DNA of 64,000 bases. Source: an uncultured delta proteobacterium (lineage in GTDB: Bacteria; Myxococcota_A; Polyangia; Haliangiales; Haliangiaceae). The notes below the pieces were generated by a model. The model searched no databases. It worked only from the letters and a program-made list of their open reading frames with translations, and was not told the DNA's origin. The stretch is from contig CAWKDB010000002.1 in the NCBI GenBank assembly GCA_963848295.1, positions 768,001-832,000 of the forward strand, read 5' to 3'. Made by a program: the position numbers and the translations under genes. This document shows positions 1 through 10,474 of this stretch, in pieces; positions within the stretch are counted from its first letter, which is position 1, and every line of letters begins with the position of its first letter.

Positions 1-5
1 TCGAG

Positions 6-866
6 GTGTTCCGCGCGACGAAACATCGCGAAGCCGTGCACGCGGTGTGGTCGAGGGTCGATGCCGACTCGCCGCGGGTGCGAGCCAAGGCGCGCGAGGC
101 CTGGGAGGCATACATCACCGGTCCGCCGCCGCGCCCGGCGCCGCGCAAGAAGCTCCTGCTCCCCGGTGGCAAGCTCACCAAGAAAGAGAAGCCGCTGTGG
201 CTGACCTACCGCGAGCTCGCCGATAACGAGCTCCGCAAGGCGGCGAACGAGCTGCTGCACGAGGACTACCCGCTCGCAGATCCGAGCATCGATGACAGCG
301 ACTCTCACAAGGTCAAGACCGTCCCGGTCGACCTCCAAGACCTGACGAACCAGCTGTTCAAGTTCTACGACGATGCCCGGGTCAAGCGCGACGCCGCGCA
401 ATGGACCGCCGCGAAAGCGGTCGCCGACAAGGGCGACCTCGCCGGCGCGACCGCGATGCTCGATAGCATGCTCGCCGCGAGCCCGGAGCGCGGCGATGCG
501 AGCGACCGCGCGGCGATGGCGAAGGTCTACTTCGCGTGGGCCAAGCAACTCGAAGCCAAGCAGCAGTGGGACGGCGCCGCCGGGGCGTACTCGAAGGCCT
601 ATGGTCTCGACTCGACCGGTGCGAGCGCCAAGGATGCGCTCGCGGCCGCGAGCTACAACCAAGGCAAGGCGCTCGAGGCGAAGGGGCTCGATGGTGGCCC
701 CGACTTCCGGCGAGCGATCGAGCTCAAGCCCGACTACGCGCCGGCGAAGACCGCCGCACGTGAGGAGGCCGGCCCCCGCCCCGCCTGGATGCTCTATGTC
801 GCGGGCGGAGCCGCGGTGCTCGCGCTCGTGTTGTTCGCTGCCGGCATGGTAAGACGCCGGGCGTGA
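6..866 (+). CDS. TPR-containing protein with C-terminal membrane anchor (5' end probably outside the window)
   Basis: Frame is open from the window edge. TPR-like helices (AAGAYSKAYGLD, DFRRAIELKPDYAPA); C-terminal hydrophobic helix followed by RRRA. Confidence 0.7.
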   Translation: MFRATKHREAVHAVWSRVDADSPRVRAKAREAWEAYITGPPPRPAPRKKLLLPGGKLTKKEKPLWLTYRELADNELRKAANELLHEDYPLADPSIDDSDSHKVKTVPVDLQDLTNQLFKFYDDARVKRDAAQWTAAKAVADKGDLAGATAMLDSMLAASPERGDASDRAAMAKVYFAWAKQLEAKQQWDGAAGAYSKAYGLDSTGASAKDALAAASYNQGKALEAKGLDGGPDFRRAIELKPDYAPAKTAAREEAGPRPAWMLYVAGGAAVLALVLFAAGMVRRRA

Positions 867-1477
867 CCGGGCGACTGATCGTCTTGGAAGGCCTCGACGG
901 CGCAGGAACGACGACGCAAGCGAAGCGACTCGTCGCTCATCTCGAAGCGCGCGGCCAGCGTCCCCACCTCACGCGCGAACCGAGCGACGGTCCGATCGGC
1001 AAGCTGATCCGGGAAATGCTCGTCGGCGGCCACGCGATCACCGGCCAGGCCATCTCGCAGAATACGTTCGGCCTGATGTTCGCCGCCGATCGCCTCGATC
1101 ACATGCAGCGTGAAGTCGAGCCTCAGATCGCCACGGGCGCGACCGTCGTCTCGGATCGCTGGTACCACTCCTCGCTCGCCTACCAAGGCACAGGCGCCGA
1201 CCGCGACTGGATCGCGCAGCTCAACGCGCGCGCCCGCCGCCCCGACGTGACGATCTTTCTCAAGGTCCGGCCCGAGATCGCCGCTCGTCGCCGGGCCGCC
1301 GCCGGCCGGATCGACGAGCTGTTCGAACACCTCGCGATGCAGCAAGACGTCGATGCCGGCTATCGCGCGACGATCGCCGAGCTCACCGCGCTCGGCGAAC
1401 GCATCGAGATCGTCGACGGCGAAGCGAGCGAGGACGCCGTGTTCGCCGCGATCGTCAAGATCGTCGCGACGCTCTAG
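863..1477 (+). CDS. tmk: Thymidylate (dTMP) kinase
   Basis: IVLEGLDGAGTTTQ P-loop, TREP, LMFAADR and VVSDRWYHSSLAYQG motifs; GTGA overlap with the upstream gene. Confidence 0.93.
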   Translation: MTGRLIVLEGLDGAGTTTQAKRLVAHLEARGQRPHLTREPSDGPIGKLIREMLVGGHAITGQAISQNTFGLMFAADRLDHMQREVEPQIATGATVVSDRWYHSSLAYQGTGADRDWIAQLNARARRPDVTIFLKVRPEIAARRRAAAGRIDELFEHLAMQQDVDAGYRATIAELTALGERIEIVDGEASEDAVFAAIVKIVATL

Positions 1478-1527
1478 CTTCGCCGCGGGCCCCGCCTCGC
1501 ATTCGTGCAGTGGGCCCGGTCAGAGTC

Positions 1528-2514
1528 TCATTCGACGCGCGAGCCAGAGAACGTCGCGCTCGCGAGCGGCGCGGGCGCGTCGGCGTAGGTCGCGGTGCCG
1601 AGCCATTCGCCGGAGTCGATCTGGTCCATCGCGCCATCGCCGTCGGTGTCGCGGCCGATCGCTCGGCCCGACGTCACGATCAGGAACGGCGTCGCATCGA
1701 TCGCTTCGAGCTTGCCGTCGAGCTCGGCCGCGGCAGCGACCATCCCCGCGCGACACGCGTCCTCGTAGAGTCCGGGCGAACCGACCGAGAGCGTCGACGA
1801 AACCACCTGGCCGACCATCTCGCAGTCGACGAGCGTCGCGAGCGCATCGGCCAGGCTCGTCGCGTTCGGAGCTGCGGTCGGTGCGACCGCGAGATCGAGA
1901 CCGAGCCGGAGGATGTGGCCATACGGCACGGCGATCGCGTGCTCGGCGAACGCGACGTTGCCTTCGCCATCGAGCACGACGCGGGTCGCGGCGCCGAGCA
2001 CGCCGAGCTCGTGATCGGCGAGCGTGACGTCGACCGGGGCGCCCGAGACCGCAAAACGGATCGCGGTGATCGTGCGCTGCGCGGTTCCGGACGGATCGAT
2101 CCACAGCGACTCCAGCGTCGCGAGCTGGCGCGAGATCTGCGCAAGCCCGTCGGCGAGCTGATGAAAGCCGGTGACGAGCGTCGGCGGCAGCTTCGTATTG
2201 AGGTAGGCCGCGACGAGCGGCACCGCCTCGGTCGCGACGGTCTTGATCGCACCGTCGGGCAACGCGGCGATCATGTAGTCGAGCACGAACCGGCTCGGAT
2301 CGTCCGGGCCGTCGGTCGCGGCGACGATCGCGTCGACCACGGTGCCGGCGCCTCCAGGCACCGCCTCGAGATCGAGCTGGCTGATCACCGTGTAGTTTCC
2401 TGCCGCGCTGCGCGGAATCGTCGACGGTGCGTCGGGTGCGATCGACGCGGTGGCATTGCTGCAACCGCCGACCACGGTGGCGACGGCGAGACTAACGAAC
2501 AAGCGAGATGACAT
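1528..2514 (-). CDS. Hypothetical lipoprotein
   Basis: Start reassigned to ATG 2514 (MSSRLFVSLAVATVVGGC); signal peptide with lipobox-like Cys. Confidence 0.7.
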   Translation of the reverse strand: MSSRLFVSLAVATVVGGCSNATASIAPDAPSTIPRSAAGNYTVISQLDLEAVPGGAGTVVDAIVAATDGPDDPSRFVLDYMIAALPDGAIKTVATEAVPLVAAYLNTKLPPTLVTGFHQLADGLAQISRQLATLESLWIDPSGTAQRTITAIRFAVSGAPVDVTLADHELGVLGAATRVVLDGEGNVAFAEHAIAVPYGHILRLGLDLAVAPTAAPNATSLADALATLVDCEMVGQVVSSTLSVGSPGLYEDACRAGMVAAAAELDGKLEAIDATPFLIVTSGRAIGRDTDGDGAMDQIDSGEWLGTATYADAPAPLASATFSGSRVE

Positions 2515-2726
2515 CGGAGTTCTCCATCCAAGAGGGCCAAAGGGTTCGGACCCCGCCGTTGCAGCGCCCGTGCCGGCGCGCGCTCCGCCGGTTCTCCGAC
2601 GACGATCGTGAAAGCGCTCGCGCGCGAGTGTCCGGCGTCGTCCGGACTCCGGCCAGCTCCCGGCCACCGCCCGGACATTCCGGACGCAAAGTTGCGCGAG
2701 CCACGCGCGGGCCGTAAGCCTTGGGG

Positions 2727-3221
2727 ATGCGCGCCGCCGTCCTGTTCTCGCTCGCTCTCGTCGCGTGTGGGCTGAAAGCCGATCCCCAGTCGCCGGCATT
2801 CGATCGCGACCTCGAGTCGAGCCCGGCCGTCGCGCCAACCGCGTCGCGTCCGGCGCCACCGCCCGCGGTCGGCCACGTCCGCACCGGCACCATCGATCGC
2901 GCCAGGCTCGTCGCCGTGCTCGACAGCGGGCCCGGCGTGTTTCTGCGCCAGCTCGAGGTCACGCCGCAGATGGACGGCGATCGCTTCGTCGGCTGGCAGC
3001 TCGTCCAACTCCTCGACACGACCGGGCCGCTCACCGCGCTCGACGTCGCGCCGGGCGATGTGTTGCTCGCGGTCAACGGCCAGCCGCTGTCCCGGCCCGA
3101 TCAGCTCCAGGCCGTGTGGGATTCGCTGCGCACCGCGAACCGGCTCGACGCCGAGCTGGCCCGCGGCAACGCCACGCTTCACCTCGCCTTCGACATCGAA
3201 CCGAAGCTCGTCGCGCGGTAG
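2727..3221 (+). CDS. PDZ-domain lipoprotein (GspC PDZ-like)
   Basis: Lipobox LVAC; C-terminal DVAPGDVLLAVNGQPL PDZ signature. Confidence 0.7.
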   Translation: MRAAVLFSLALVACGLKADPQSPAFDRDLESSPAVAPTASRPAPPPAVGHVRTGTIDRARLVAVLDSGPGVFLRQLEVTPQMDGDRFVGWQLVQLLDTTGPLTALDVAPGDVLLAVNGQPLSRPDQLQAVWDSLRTANRLDAELARGNATLHLAFDIEPKLVAR

Positions 3222-3271
3222 TTGTCGTCACCTCCGCTCGACCGGCGGCGCTTCGTCATTCACAATGCGGC

Positions 3272-3958
3272 ATGGTTCGCGTTTGGTTGCTCGGTGCGCT
3301 AGTCGTGGCGGCCGGCTGCAAGAAGAAGCCACAAGAGGCGCCGAAAGATGCCGCCGCGGTGGTCAAGCCGAAGCACAAGCACGTCCACCACGAGGATGAC
3401 GAGACGCCGATCGAGGTGCCCGACGGCTCGGGCTCTGGCTCGGGCTCCGGCTCCGATGATGGAGACGGCGGCGGCAGCGGCTCGGGCAGCGCGCAGAGCA
3501 CCGCCGGCGCGCATCGCGATCCGAACGGCGCGATCCACGGGCCCGGCGGACCGATCTACGAGGGTCGCGGCAAGCTGTGCGACGCCGCCGCCAATCACTG
3601 CCAGCGGGACGGTTGGTTCACCGCCGAGGACTACGCGCCCGGCAAGTTCTATCGCGCGACCCCGTCGTTTCAGTTCGAAGGCAAGTGGTACAACTATCTC
3701 GGCGAAGAGGTCGAGGGCAAAGGCTTCCGCACCGAGGTCGCGAAGCCGTCGACGCTCAAGGTGGGCAAGCCGGTGATCGTGTTCACGCGCGACAACGATC
3801 AGCTCGACAAGTTCACCGATGTCGAGTACGACGCGCTGACCTCATCGCGATGGAAGATGGTCGTCGTCGACCAGATCACCGGCGGATGGTTCGGCGTGCG
3901 CGGCTGGGACGACAAGTTTCCGATCGACACGGCGCGCGTCGTCGTCGAGCAGAAGTAG
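3272..3958 (+). CDS. Hypothetical lipoprotein with Gly/Ser-rich linker
   Basis: MVRVWLLGALVVAAGCKK lipobox; GSGSGSGS linker; start reassigned inside ORF 2765..3958. Confidence 0.72.
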   Translation: MVRVWLLGALVVAAGCKKKPQEAPKDAAAVVKPKHKHVHHEDDETPIEVPDGSGSGSGSGSDDGDGGGSGSGSAQSTAGAHRDPNGAIHGPGGPIYEGRGKLCDAAANHCQRDGWFTAEDYAPGKFYRATPSFQFEGKWYNYLGEEVEGKGFRTEVAKPSTLKVGKPVIVFTRDNDQLDKFTDVEYDALTSSRWKMVVVDQITGGWFGVRGWDDKFPIDTARVVVEQK

Positions 3959-3965
3959 CCTCGGC

Positions 3966-4781
3966 TCATCGCGTCGACGGTCCGTCCGCTCCGGATCGCG
4001 GCGCGGTTCCGTCGAACACCGCGATCGCGTGCGCCGGGTCGTTGACGAATACGCCGTCGACGCCAAGTCGGGCGAGCCGCTCGAGCTCGGGCGCATCGTC
4101 GACCGTCCAGGCGTTCACCGCGAGTCCGGCGGCGTGCCACTTCCGCATCGTGTGCTCGGTGCACAGGGTGTGCTCCGGGTGGAACAGACTCGCGCCCATC
4201 CACCGGCCGACCCAGCCCTCGCGCAGCGGGAGCGGCTGCTCCTCGTGAAACAGATACGCGAGCGCGACCGTCGGCAGCGCGCGATGCAACGACAGCAGCG
4301 CGAACGGATCGAACGACGACACCAGCACTTGGTCGGCTCGGCCACTCGCTTCGATCACCTTCGCGGTCGCGCGCGCGAGCTCGCCCATGCGGGCCGGCTT
4401 GATCGCCTTGATCTCGACGTCGACCTCGAGATCACCGAACGTGTGCAGCACCTCGGCGAGCGTCGGCACCGGCTCGCCGCCGACCCGCAGCGCGAGCCGC
4501 TCGGCGGTCGACAAATCCTCGATCCGCCCCGGTCGCCCGGCCAACCGCAGCAGGTTGTGATCGTGGAACACGACGACCGTGCCGTCGCGATCGAACCGGA
4601 CATCGAGCTCGATGCCGTCCGCGCCGACCGCCCTCGCCTTCTCGAACGCGGCGAACGTGTTCTCGACCGCGTGGAGCGAATCGCCGCGGTGGGCCCACAC
4701 CCGGGGGCGGCCCTTGGTCCGCCGCCAGCGCGTCGCGCGCCCGAGCCGACCGAGGTGCGGCAGGTACCGCGCGAGTGCCAT
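3966..4781 (-). CDS. Glycerophosphodiester phosphodiesterase family protein
   Basis: WAHRGDS...[25 protein letters not shown] and [10 protein letters not shown] motifs. Confidence 0.92.
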   Translation of the reverse strand: MALARYLPHLGRLGRATRWRRTKGRPRVWAHRGDSLHAVENTFAAFEKARAVGADGIELDVRFDRDGTVVVFHDHNLLRLAGRPGRIEDLSTAERLALRVGGEPVPTLAEVLHTFGDLEVDVEIKAIKPARMGELARATAKVIEASGRADQVLVSSFDPFALLSLHRALPTVALAYLFHEEQPLPLREGWVGRWMGASLFHPEHTLCTEHTMRKWHAAGLAVNAWTVDDAPELERLARLGVDGVFVNDPAHAIAVFDGTAPRSGADGPSTR

Positions 4782-4810
4782 CCCTACAGCTTCGCTCAGG
4801 TCGCGGGGTA

Positions 4811-6001
4811 TTACTCGATGAACGTCTTGTGAAGCGCGCGCACGAGGTTGTCGACGTGGGGCCGGTCGCACCACAGCGTCACGCGCAGCGGCGACACGCT
4901 GACCGCGTTGAGCGGCACCCCGGCGGCGACCGCGGTGGTCCGCGCCCGATTGATGATGCCGGGGTTCGAGCCGATGCCGTGGCCGACGATCGTGACCGCG
5001 CCCTCTTCGCCGAGCTCGAGCCCCTCGCCGAGCACGTTGACGAGCCGCTTCTGGACCTCGCCCCAATCGGGGACATCCGCGATCGTGAACCACGCGCGCA
5101 GCTCCTTGCCTTCGAGGTCGAGGTGGGTGAGCGGGATCGACGCTGCCTCGAGGATCTGCAGCGTGTGCTCGACGTTCGCGCCGCCCGACACGCGCATCCG
5201 GATCAGCGCGTTCTGGCCGGTGACCGCCGCGACCTGGCGCTCGCGGTCCGGAGAGAAGTCGATGCGCGTCCCGCCGCCGTCCTTGTTCGTCGCGCGCGCG
5301 TACAGCGCGATGCCGGACTGGCGGGCGAACTCGACGCACGCGTCGTGCAACACCTTCGCGCCCTGCGCGGCGAGCTCGAGCATCTCGTCGTGGCTGATCG
5401 AGCTCAGCAGCTCGGCGGTCGACACGATCCGCGGGTCGGCGGTGTAGACCCCGTCGACGTCGCTACAGATCTCGCAGTAGTCGGCGCGCAACGCGCCGGC
5501 GAGCGCGACCGCGGTGGTATCGGTGCCGCCGCGACCGAGCGTCGTGATCTCGCGCTTGTACGACACGCCTTGGAAGCCGGCGACGATCACGACCTTGCCG
5601 CGATCGAGCTCGTCTTCGATGCGAAACGGACGGATCTCGATGATCCGCGCGCCGGAGTGGCGATCGTTCGTGAGGATGCCGGCTTGCGAACCGGTGAACG
5701 AGATCGCCTCGAGGCCCTCTTCGAGCAGCGCCATCGTCAGGAGCGACATCGCTTCGCGCTCGCCGCAGGACAGCAGCATGTCGAGCTCGCGGCGGGACGG
5801 CGAAGCGCTGATCGCCTTGGCTTTTTCGATCAACGCGTTCGTGGTCTTACCCATCGCCGAGACCGCGACGACGACCTTCTTGCCGGCGGCTTTGGTCCGC
5901 GCGATGCGCTTGGCGACGAGGCGGATCTTGTCGACGTCGGCGACCGACGAGCCGCCGTATTTTTGAACCACGATTCCTGTCGGAGTCACGTCGGGCACCA
6001 T
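4811..6001 (-). CDS. lysC: Aspartate kinase
   Basis: [38 protein letters not shown] and [11 protein letters not shown] motifs; C-terminal ACT-like region. Confidence 0.95.
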   Translation of the reverse strand: MVPDVTPTGIVVQKYGGSSVADVDKIRLVAKRIARTKAAGKKVVVAVSAMGKTTNALIEKAKAISASPSRRELDMLLSCGEREAMSLLTMALLEEGLEAISFTGSQAGILTNDRHSGARIIEIRPFRIEDELDRGKVVIVAGFQGVSYKREITTLGRGGTDTTAVALAGALRADYCEICSDVDGVYTADPRIVSTAELLSSISHDEMLELAAQGAKVLHDACVEFARQSGIALYARATNKDGGGTRIDFSPDRERQVAAVTGQNALIRMRVSGGANVEHTLQILEAASIPLTHLDLEGKELRAWFTIADVPDWGEVQKRLVNVLGEGLELGEEGAVTIVGHGIGSNPGIINRARTTAVAAGVPLNAVSVSPLRVTLWCDRPHVDNLVRALHKTFIE

Positions 6002-6038
6002 ACACGATCGTAACGACAAGACCTGCTACGTTGTTCCG

Positions 6039-8153
6039 GTGAGGTCTGCCGTCTTGGCCGCCGCTGCCGCGATCGCCGCGGGTTGCGGCCACCTACCGCC
6101 GAGCTGGCCCGACGTCCCGCGTCAGCTCGCCGACGACCACGACCGCGACGAGGCGATCGATCGGCTGTGGGTCGTGCCGGCGGGCCCGGCGAGGGACGCG
6201 TTGCGCGCGGAGCTCGCGCACCGGCTCGCTCGCGAGGTGCAAGCCGCGGTCGCGTCGAGCGATGATGCGGTCGCCGAGCGGCTCGAGCTCGAGCTCGTCG
6301 GGCTGTGGCGCGACGACCCGGCCGCGATCGCGACCGGCCTCCGACCGCAGCTCGCCACGATCGAGGCGGTGCGCGGCCACTTCGCGCGCGAGGGCCGGAT
6401 CGGACCGACGATCACCGCGGTCGCCGTCCTCGCCGAGCTCGAGCCCGCCCGGCGCGGCGAGCACCTCGCGGAGCTCGACGACATGCTCGCGTTTGCCGAC
6501 GTCGGCGTGGTGGTCGAATACGGCGCGGGCGCCGGCCACGCGATGGCGATCGCCGAGCTCGCGCCCACCGCGCTCGCGATGCCGCTGCCGTGGATCGTCG
6601 ATCGCTACGTCGCGATGCTCGAAGAGCGCCAGCGCAGCGCCGACCAGCTGTTCGCGACCTCGACGCCGGCGCCGGCGATGGTTCGCATCCACCGCGACTT
6701 GCCGATGACCGCGCAGCGCATCGCGATCGCGCTCGCCAGAGCCGGTCGAATCGACGAGATCGCGGCGCACCTGCGCGGGCTGCACGGGGTCTACGGCGTC
6801 GATCCCGCGCTCGCCAAGCTCGCGACCGCGGTCGCCGAGCGACCGACGCCGGACGCGTACCTCGCGCTGACCCGGGCGCTGCGCGGCGATCCTCGGGGCG
6901 ATGACGTCCACGCCGGCGATGCGGCCGCGGCGTTCAAGTGCGCGACCGCCGGGCTCGCGAAGTTTCCCCGCGATCCGAGCCTCGCGCTCGCCGCCGCCGA
7001 GGCGTCCGCCGGGTTGGGCCGCGTCGATCAGGCGATCGCGCTGTTCGAGGACGCGCTCGCTCGCACCGAGGACATCGATCCGGCGATGGCGCTGCGGCTC
7101 GGGCGGGTCTACGGCGAGCGCATCGATCGGCTCGCCGCCGCCGGCCGGCCGGCCGAAGCGATCGCGGCGTGGCGCGCGGTCGTGCGTTATACCGATGCGC
7201 GATCGAAGCGCGGTCCGCGCGAGCTATGGATCGAGGTCGCGGCGCTCGGCGAAGCTGCGCTCGGCAAGGGTCTCGTCGGCCAGGGCCGGATCCGCGATGG
7301 CGAGCGCGCGCTCACCGCCGCGATCGATCGCGCACCCCCGATCGAGGCGTACGAGACGCTCGCGACCGTGTACTTCAAGCTCGGCCAGCTCGAGGCGGCG
7401 CAGCAGCTGACGACCGCTGCGCTCGCGAGCCTCGGTGACCAGAGCACCGGCGATCGCTATCACCGCGCGAAGCTCGGGGGACTCGCCGGCGATGTCGCGC
7501 GCACCGCCGGCCGTCACCGCGAGGCGGTGGCCTACTACCTCGACACGCTGCGCAACTGGGCCGCGCTCGGCGACGCGAAGGACCTGCCGCGGATGATCGC
7601 GGCGGAGCGCGAGCTCGACGGCGGGCGCGCGCTGTGGTTCCTCGGCCAGGCGAGCCGCGCCGTCGAGCTGATCGGGAAGGCGGTCGAGGACGATCCCGAC
7701 GATGCCTCGATCGCCGACGACGCGGTCGCGTTTCTGATCGAGATCGGTCAGCCGGCGGAGGCAGCCGAGGCGTTTCACCGGGCGATCAGCTCGCCGGGGC
7801 TGACCGAGGTCGACAAGACCGCGATGGCACTCTGGCTCGCCGGCGATGCTCACCGACGCGGCGCGACGCCCGACACCGGCGCGCGTGCGTACCTCGCGAG
7901 CCGGAGCGGCGACCTGTGGCACGAGCAACTCGCCGAGGCCGCGACCGGGCGGCGCGCGATCGCGGAGCTCCGCACCGCCGCCTCGACGGGGCCGCGGCGC
8001 GGCGAGCTCGCGTTCTACTCGGCGGTGCTGGGCTGGGATCCGACCGCCGCGAGCCCGGCCGGCGCGAAGGAGCTGCTGCGCGCCGCGATCGCCGAACGCG
8101 CGGTGCTCGAAAACGAATACGACCTCGCGCGGGCGTATTTGGCCGCGCCGTGA
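6039..8153 (+). CDS. Large TPR-like lipoprotein
   Basis: Lipobox IAAGC; Ala-rich helical repeats (AYETLATVYFKLGQLEAAQQL). Confidence 0.75.
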   Translation: MRSAVLAAAAAIAAGCGHLPPSWPDVPRQLADDHDRDEAIDRLWVVPAGPARDALRAELAHRLAREVQAAVASSDDAVAERLELELVGLWRDDPAAIATGLRPQLATIEAVRGHFAREGRIGPTITAVAVLAELEPARRGEHLAELDDMLAFADVGVVVEYGAGAGHAMAIAELAPTALAMPLPWIVDRYVAMLEERQRSADQLFATSTPAPAMVRIHRDLPMTAQRIAIALARAGRIDEIAAHLRGLHGVYGVDPALAKLATAVAERPTPDAYLALTRALRGDPRGDDVHAGDAAAAFKCATAGLAKFPRDPSLALAAAEASAGLGRVDQAIALFEDALARTEDIDPAMALRLGRVYGERIDRLAAAGRPAEAIAAWRAVVRYTDARSKRGPRELWIEVAALGEAALGKGLVGQGRIRDGERALTAAIDRAPPIEAYETLATVYFKLGQLEAAQQLTTAALASLGDQSTGDRYHRAKLGGLAGDVARTAGRHREAVAYYLDTLRNWAALGDAKDLPRMIAAERELDGGRALWFLGQASRAVELIGKAVEDDPDDASIADDAVAFLIEIGQPAEAAEAFHRAISSPGLTEVDKTAMALWLAGDAHRRGATPDTGARAYLASRSGDLWHEQLAEAATGRRAIAELRTAASTGPRRGELAFYSAVLGWDPTAASPAGAKELLRAAIAERAVLENEYDLARAYLAAP

Positions 8154-9106
8154 CGCTCGACGACGCCGAGCTCGGCGCCGCGTTGCGGCTCCACATCAAC
8201 CCGCGAGCGTTGGCGGCGTGGGCCGGCACGAATCGGCTCAGCGCGCTCGCAGCGCGGTTACCGGCGCTCGAGGCCAGGCCGCTCGTCCCCGCCGCCGCTC
8301 CGCTCGCGCTGCTCGTCGCGGGCACCGCCGTGCCGCGCGCGCTGCTCCGCCACCTGGGCGAGGCGTTCGACGAGCTGGTCCGGCGCGGCTTGCTCGAGCT
8401 CGACGGAGATCTCGCGTCCGCGACGCTGACGTTGGCTCCGCTCGGCGACGCCCTGATGGCGTGCGATCGGCTCGACGCGCCGGACGCGAGCGACCGCGTG
8501 TGCTGGCCCGATGATTCGAGCTACCACCTCGCCGGCGCGCTGCCTCCTGGCCGGCGCGCGCGCTGGCTCGACCTCGCGACCGGATCGGGGTTCGCGCCGC
8601 TCGCCCGCCCCGAGCTCGCCGAAGCGATCGCCGGCACCGACGGCATTCCGCGCGCGACCCGGTACGCCCGACTCGGCGCCGCGCTGTCGGGTCGCGCCGA
8701 TCAGCTGGTCGTCTACGACGCCGACATCTCCGAGGCGTTCCCGATGGCGTGGCATGGCGCGTGCGACCTGGTGTCGTGCAACGCGCCGATCCCGGACGGC
8801 CATCCGTATCGCCCGCGTTGGCTGAGCGCCGAGCACGACTTCGTGACCCAGGCGTTCGCGCGTGCGGCGACGATGCTCGCCCCGACCGGCATGTTCGTGA
8901 TCCACGCCCAGCTACGGGCGTTGCGAGCCGCGATCGCGGCGGTCGACGGCGAGCGCGTCGTCGTGACGTATACCCCGGAGGGCTTGCCGGGCTTTGCAGT
9001 GGGTTGGTGGCGGCCGAGCGGCAAGGACCGGCTCGTGGTCACGCGGAGAGACCTGACCGTCGATCAGCCGCACGTGACGTTCGCGGACTACGAGGCGGCG
9101 CGATAG
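8150..9106 (+). CDS. Class I SAM-dependent methyltransferase
   Basis: WLDLATGSG motif I and DLVSCNAP (NPP-like) motif IV; GTG start overlaps the upstream TGA. Confidence 0.75.
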   Translation: MTLDDAELGAALRLHINPRALAAWAGTNRLSALAARLPALEARPLVPAAAPLALLVAGTAVPRALLRHLGEAFDELVRRGLLELDGDLASATLTLAPLGDALMACDRLDAPDASDRVCWPDDSSYHLAGALPPGRRARWLDLATGSGFAPLARPELAEAIAGTDGIPRATRYARLGAALSGRADQLVVYDADISEAFPMAWHGACDLVSCNAPIPDGHPYRPRWLSAEHDFVTQAFARAATMLAPTGMFVIHAQLRALRAAIAAVDGERVVVTYTPEGLPGFAVGWWRPSGKDRLVVTRRDLTVDQPHVTFADYEAAR

Positions 9107-9561
9107 AGATCAGATCGTGTACGAGGCGCCCGGTCGCTTGCCGCCTCGACGTTGCCGGTTCTTGTCGGGCCGCGGGAGCTCAAGTTGCCGATTGCGCTAA
9201 GATGACACAACAGCCAATCGCCTATCCACCGTCAAGGATCTCGTCAATTGATTAAGCAGATATGGTGGAATTCGTCTTGTGGTCTAGACTGGACGTGTTG
9301 CGCACACCCGGAGCCTGTGGACGATGCCGCTCGCGCGGACAGCCGCTCATGCCGCCGATCGAGGCCCTCGCCATCGACCGTCCGCGGCTGACCTCGCTCA
9401 CTTGGACGGCTGCGCCGCGATCGATCGCGATGACCACGAGGCGACCGAGGTAGCGGCGCACCCCAACCATCGTGGCGTCAGGGGCTGTTCGGATTGTGAG
9501 CGACCGGGGGCGGCGGACACTTCGAGCGCGGTCATGAGACGTCCATATCCACGAGCGCGCG

Positions 9562-10362
9562 TCACTCTCGGCTACCATCGAGCGGGCCGCGCATATGCAC
9601 GATCTCGAGATAGACGTGCGCGCCTGCGGCGAGCAACGCGGCGCGCAGCGGCTCGTCGTCCTCGACAACGACCTGGATGAATGGCCGGTCCGGCGCGAGC
9701 GCGCGCAGCAGCCCGACCAACGGCGCCCCGAGCTCGGGCGCGGTGACGCGAAACGGAAACGCACCGGGAATCGAGGCGACGAACACGCCGACGCCGACGA
9801 TCTCGGCGCCGCGGCGCAGGTGCAACACTCGGCGGCTCGGCCGCGCCCGTGCGCTCGCGAGCTGGCCGCGCAACAGGTGGAGCAAGCGTTCCGTGTGCTC
9901 GTCGTCGGCCGCGGTGGCCGCTGCGAGCGCGAGATCGGGCGCCGGTGCGACCAGCGCGACGTCGCTCGCGATGCGCAGCGTCGTCGCTCGATACGCCGCG
10001 GACATTCCGCAGCGCTCGTACAGCCCGATCGCAGCCGCGTTGTCCGGCTTGACGTTCAGGCACCACATCGTCGCGCCTTTGGCCACGAACCGCGCGCGGA
10101 GCGCGGCCATGAGGGCCTTCCCGATGCCGGTCCGCCGCAGCGTCGGGTCGGACACGACGTTGCGCGTGTACCCGACGTCGGCGAGTAGCTCGTACACCGC
10201 GTAGCCGACCACCGCGCCGCCCGGCCGCACCGCGACCAGCGTGCGCGGCAGGATCTCCGCCGCGAAGCGCTCGCGCGACGCTACCGGATCCGCGACGCCG
10301 AGCTCGGCGAACAGCCGAACGTATGCATCGTAGTCGGCGACGATCGCATCGCGGATCTGCAC
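9562..10362 (-). CDS. GNAT family N-acetyltransferase
   Basis: VSDPTLRRTGIGKALM acetyl-CoA motif; NVKPDNAAAIGLYERCG. Confidence 0.88.
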   Translation of the reverse strand: MQIRDAIVADYDAYVRLFAELGVADPVASRERFAAEILPRTLVAVRPGGAVVGYAVYELLADVGYTRNVVSDPTLRRTGIGKALMAALRARFVAKGATMWCLNVKPDNAAAIGLYERCGMSAAYRATTLRIASDVALVAPAPDLALAAATAADDEHTERLLHLLRGQLASARARPSRRVLHLRRGAEIVGVGVFVASIPGAFPFRVTAPELGAPLVGLLRALAPDRPFIQVVVEDDEPLRAALLAAGAHVYLEIVHMRGPLDGSRE

Positions 10363-10474
10363 GCGCCGAGCTTACTCGGCTAGCGCTCTAACAGAGATCG
10401 TGTACGAGCTCGTGCACGTGACACGTGGCACGTGCACGGACAGGTCCACGAGCCGCGTGTTAGCTTCGCGCCGC

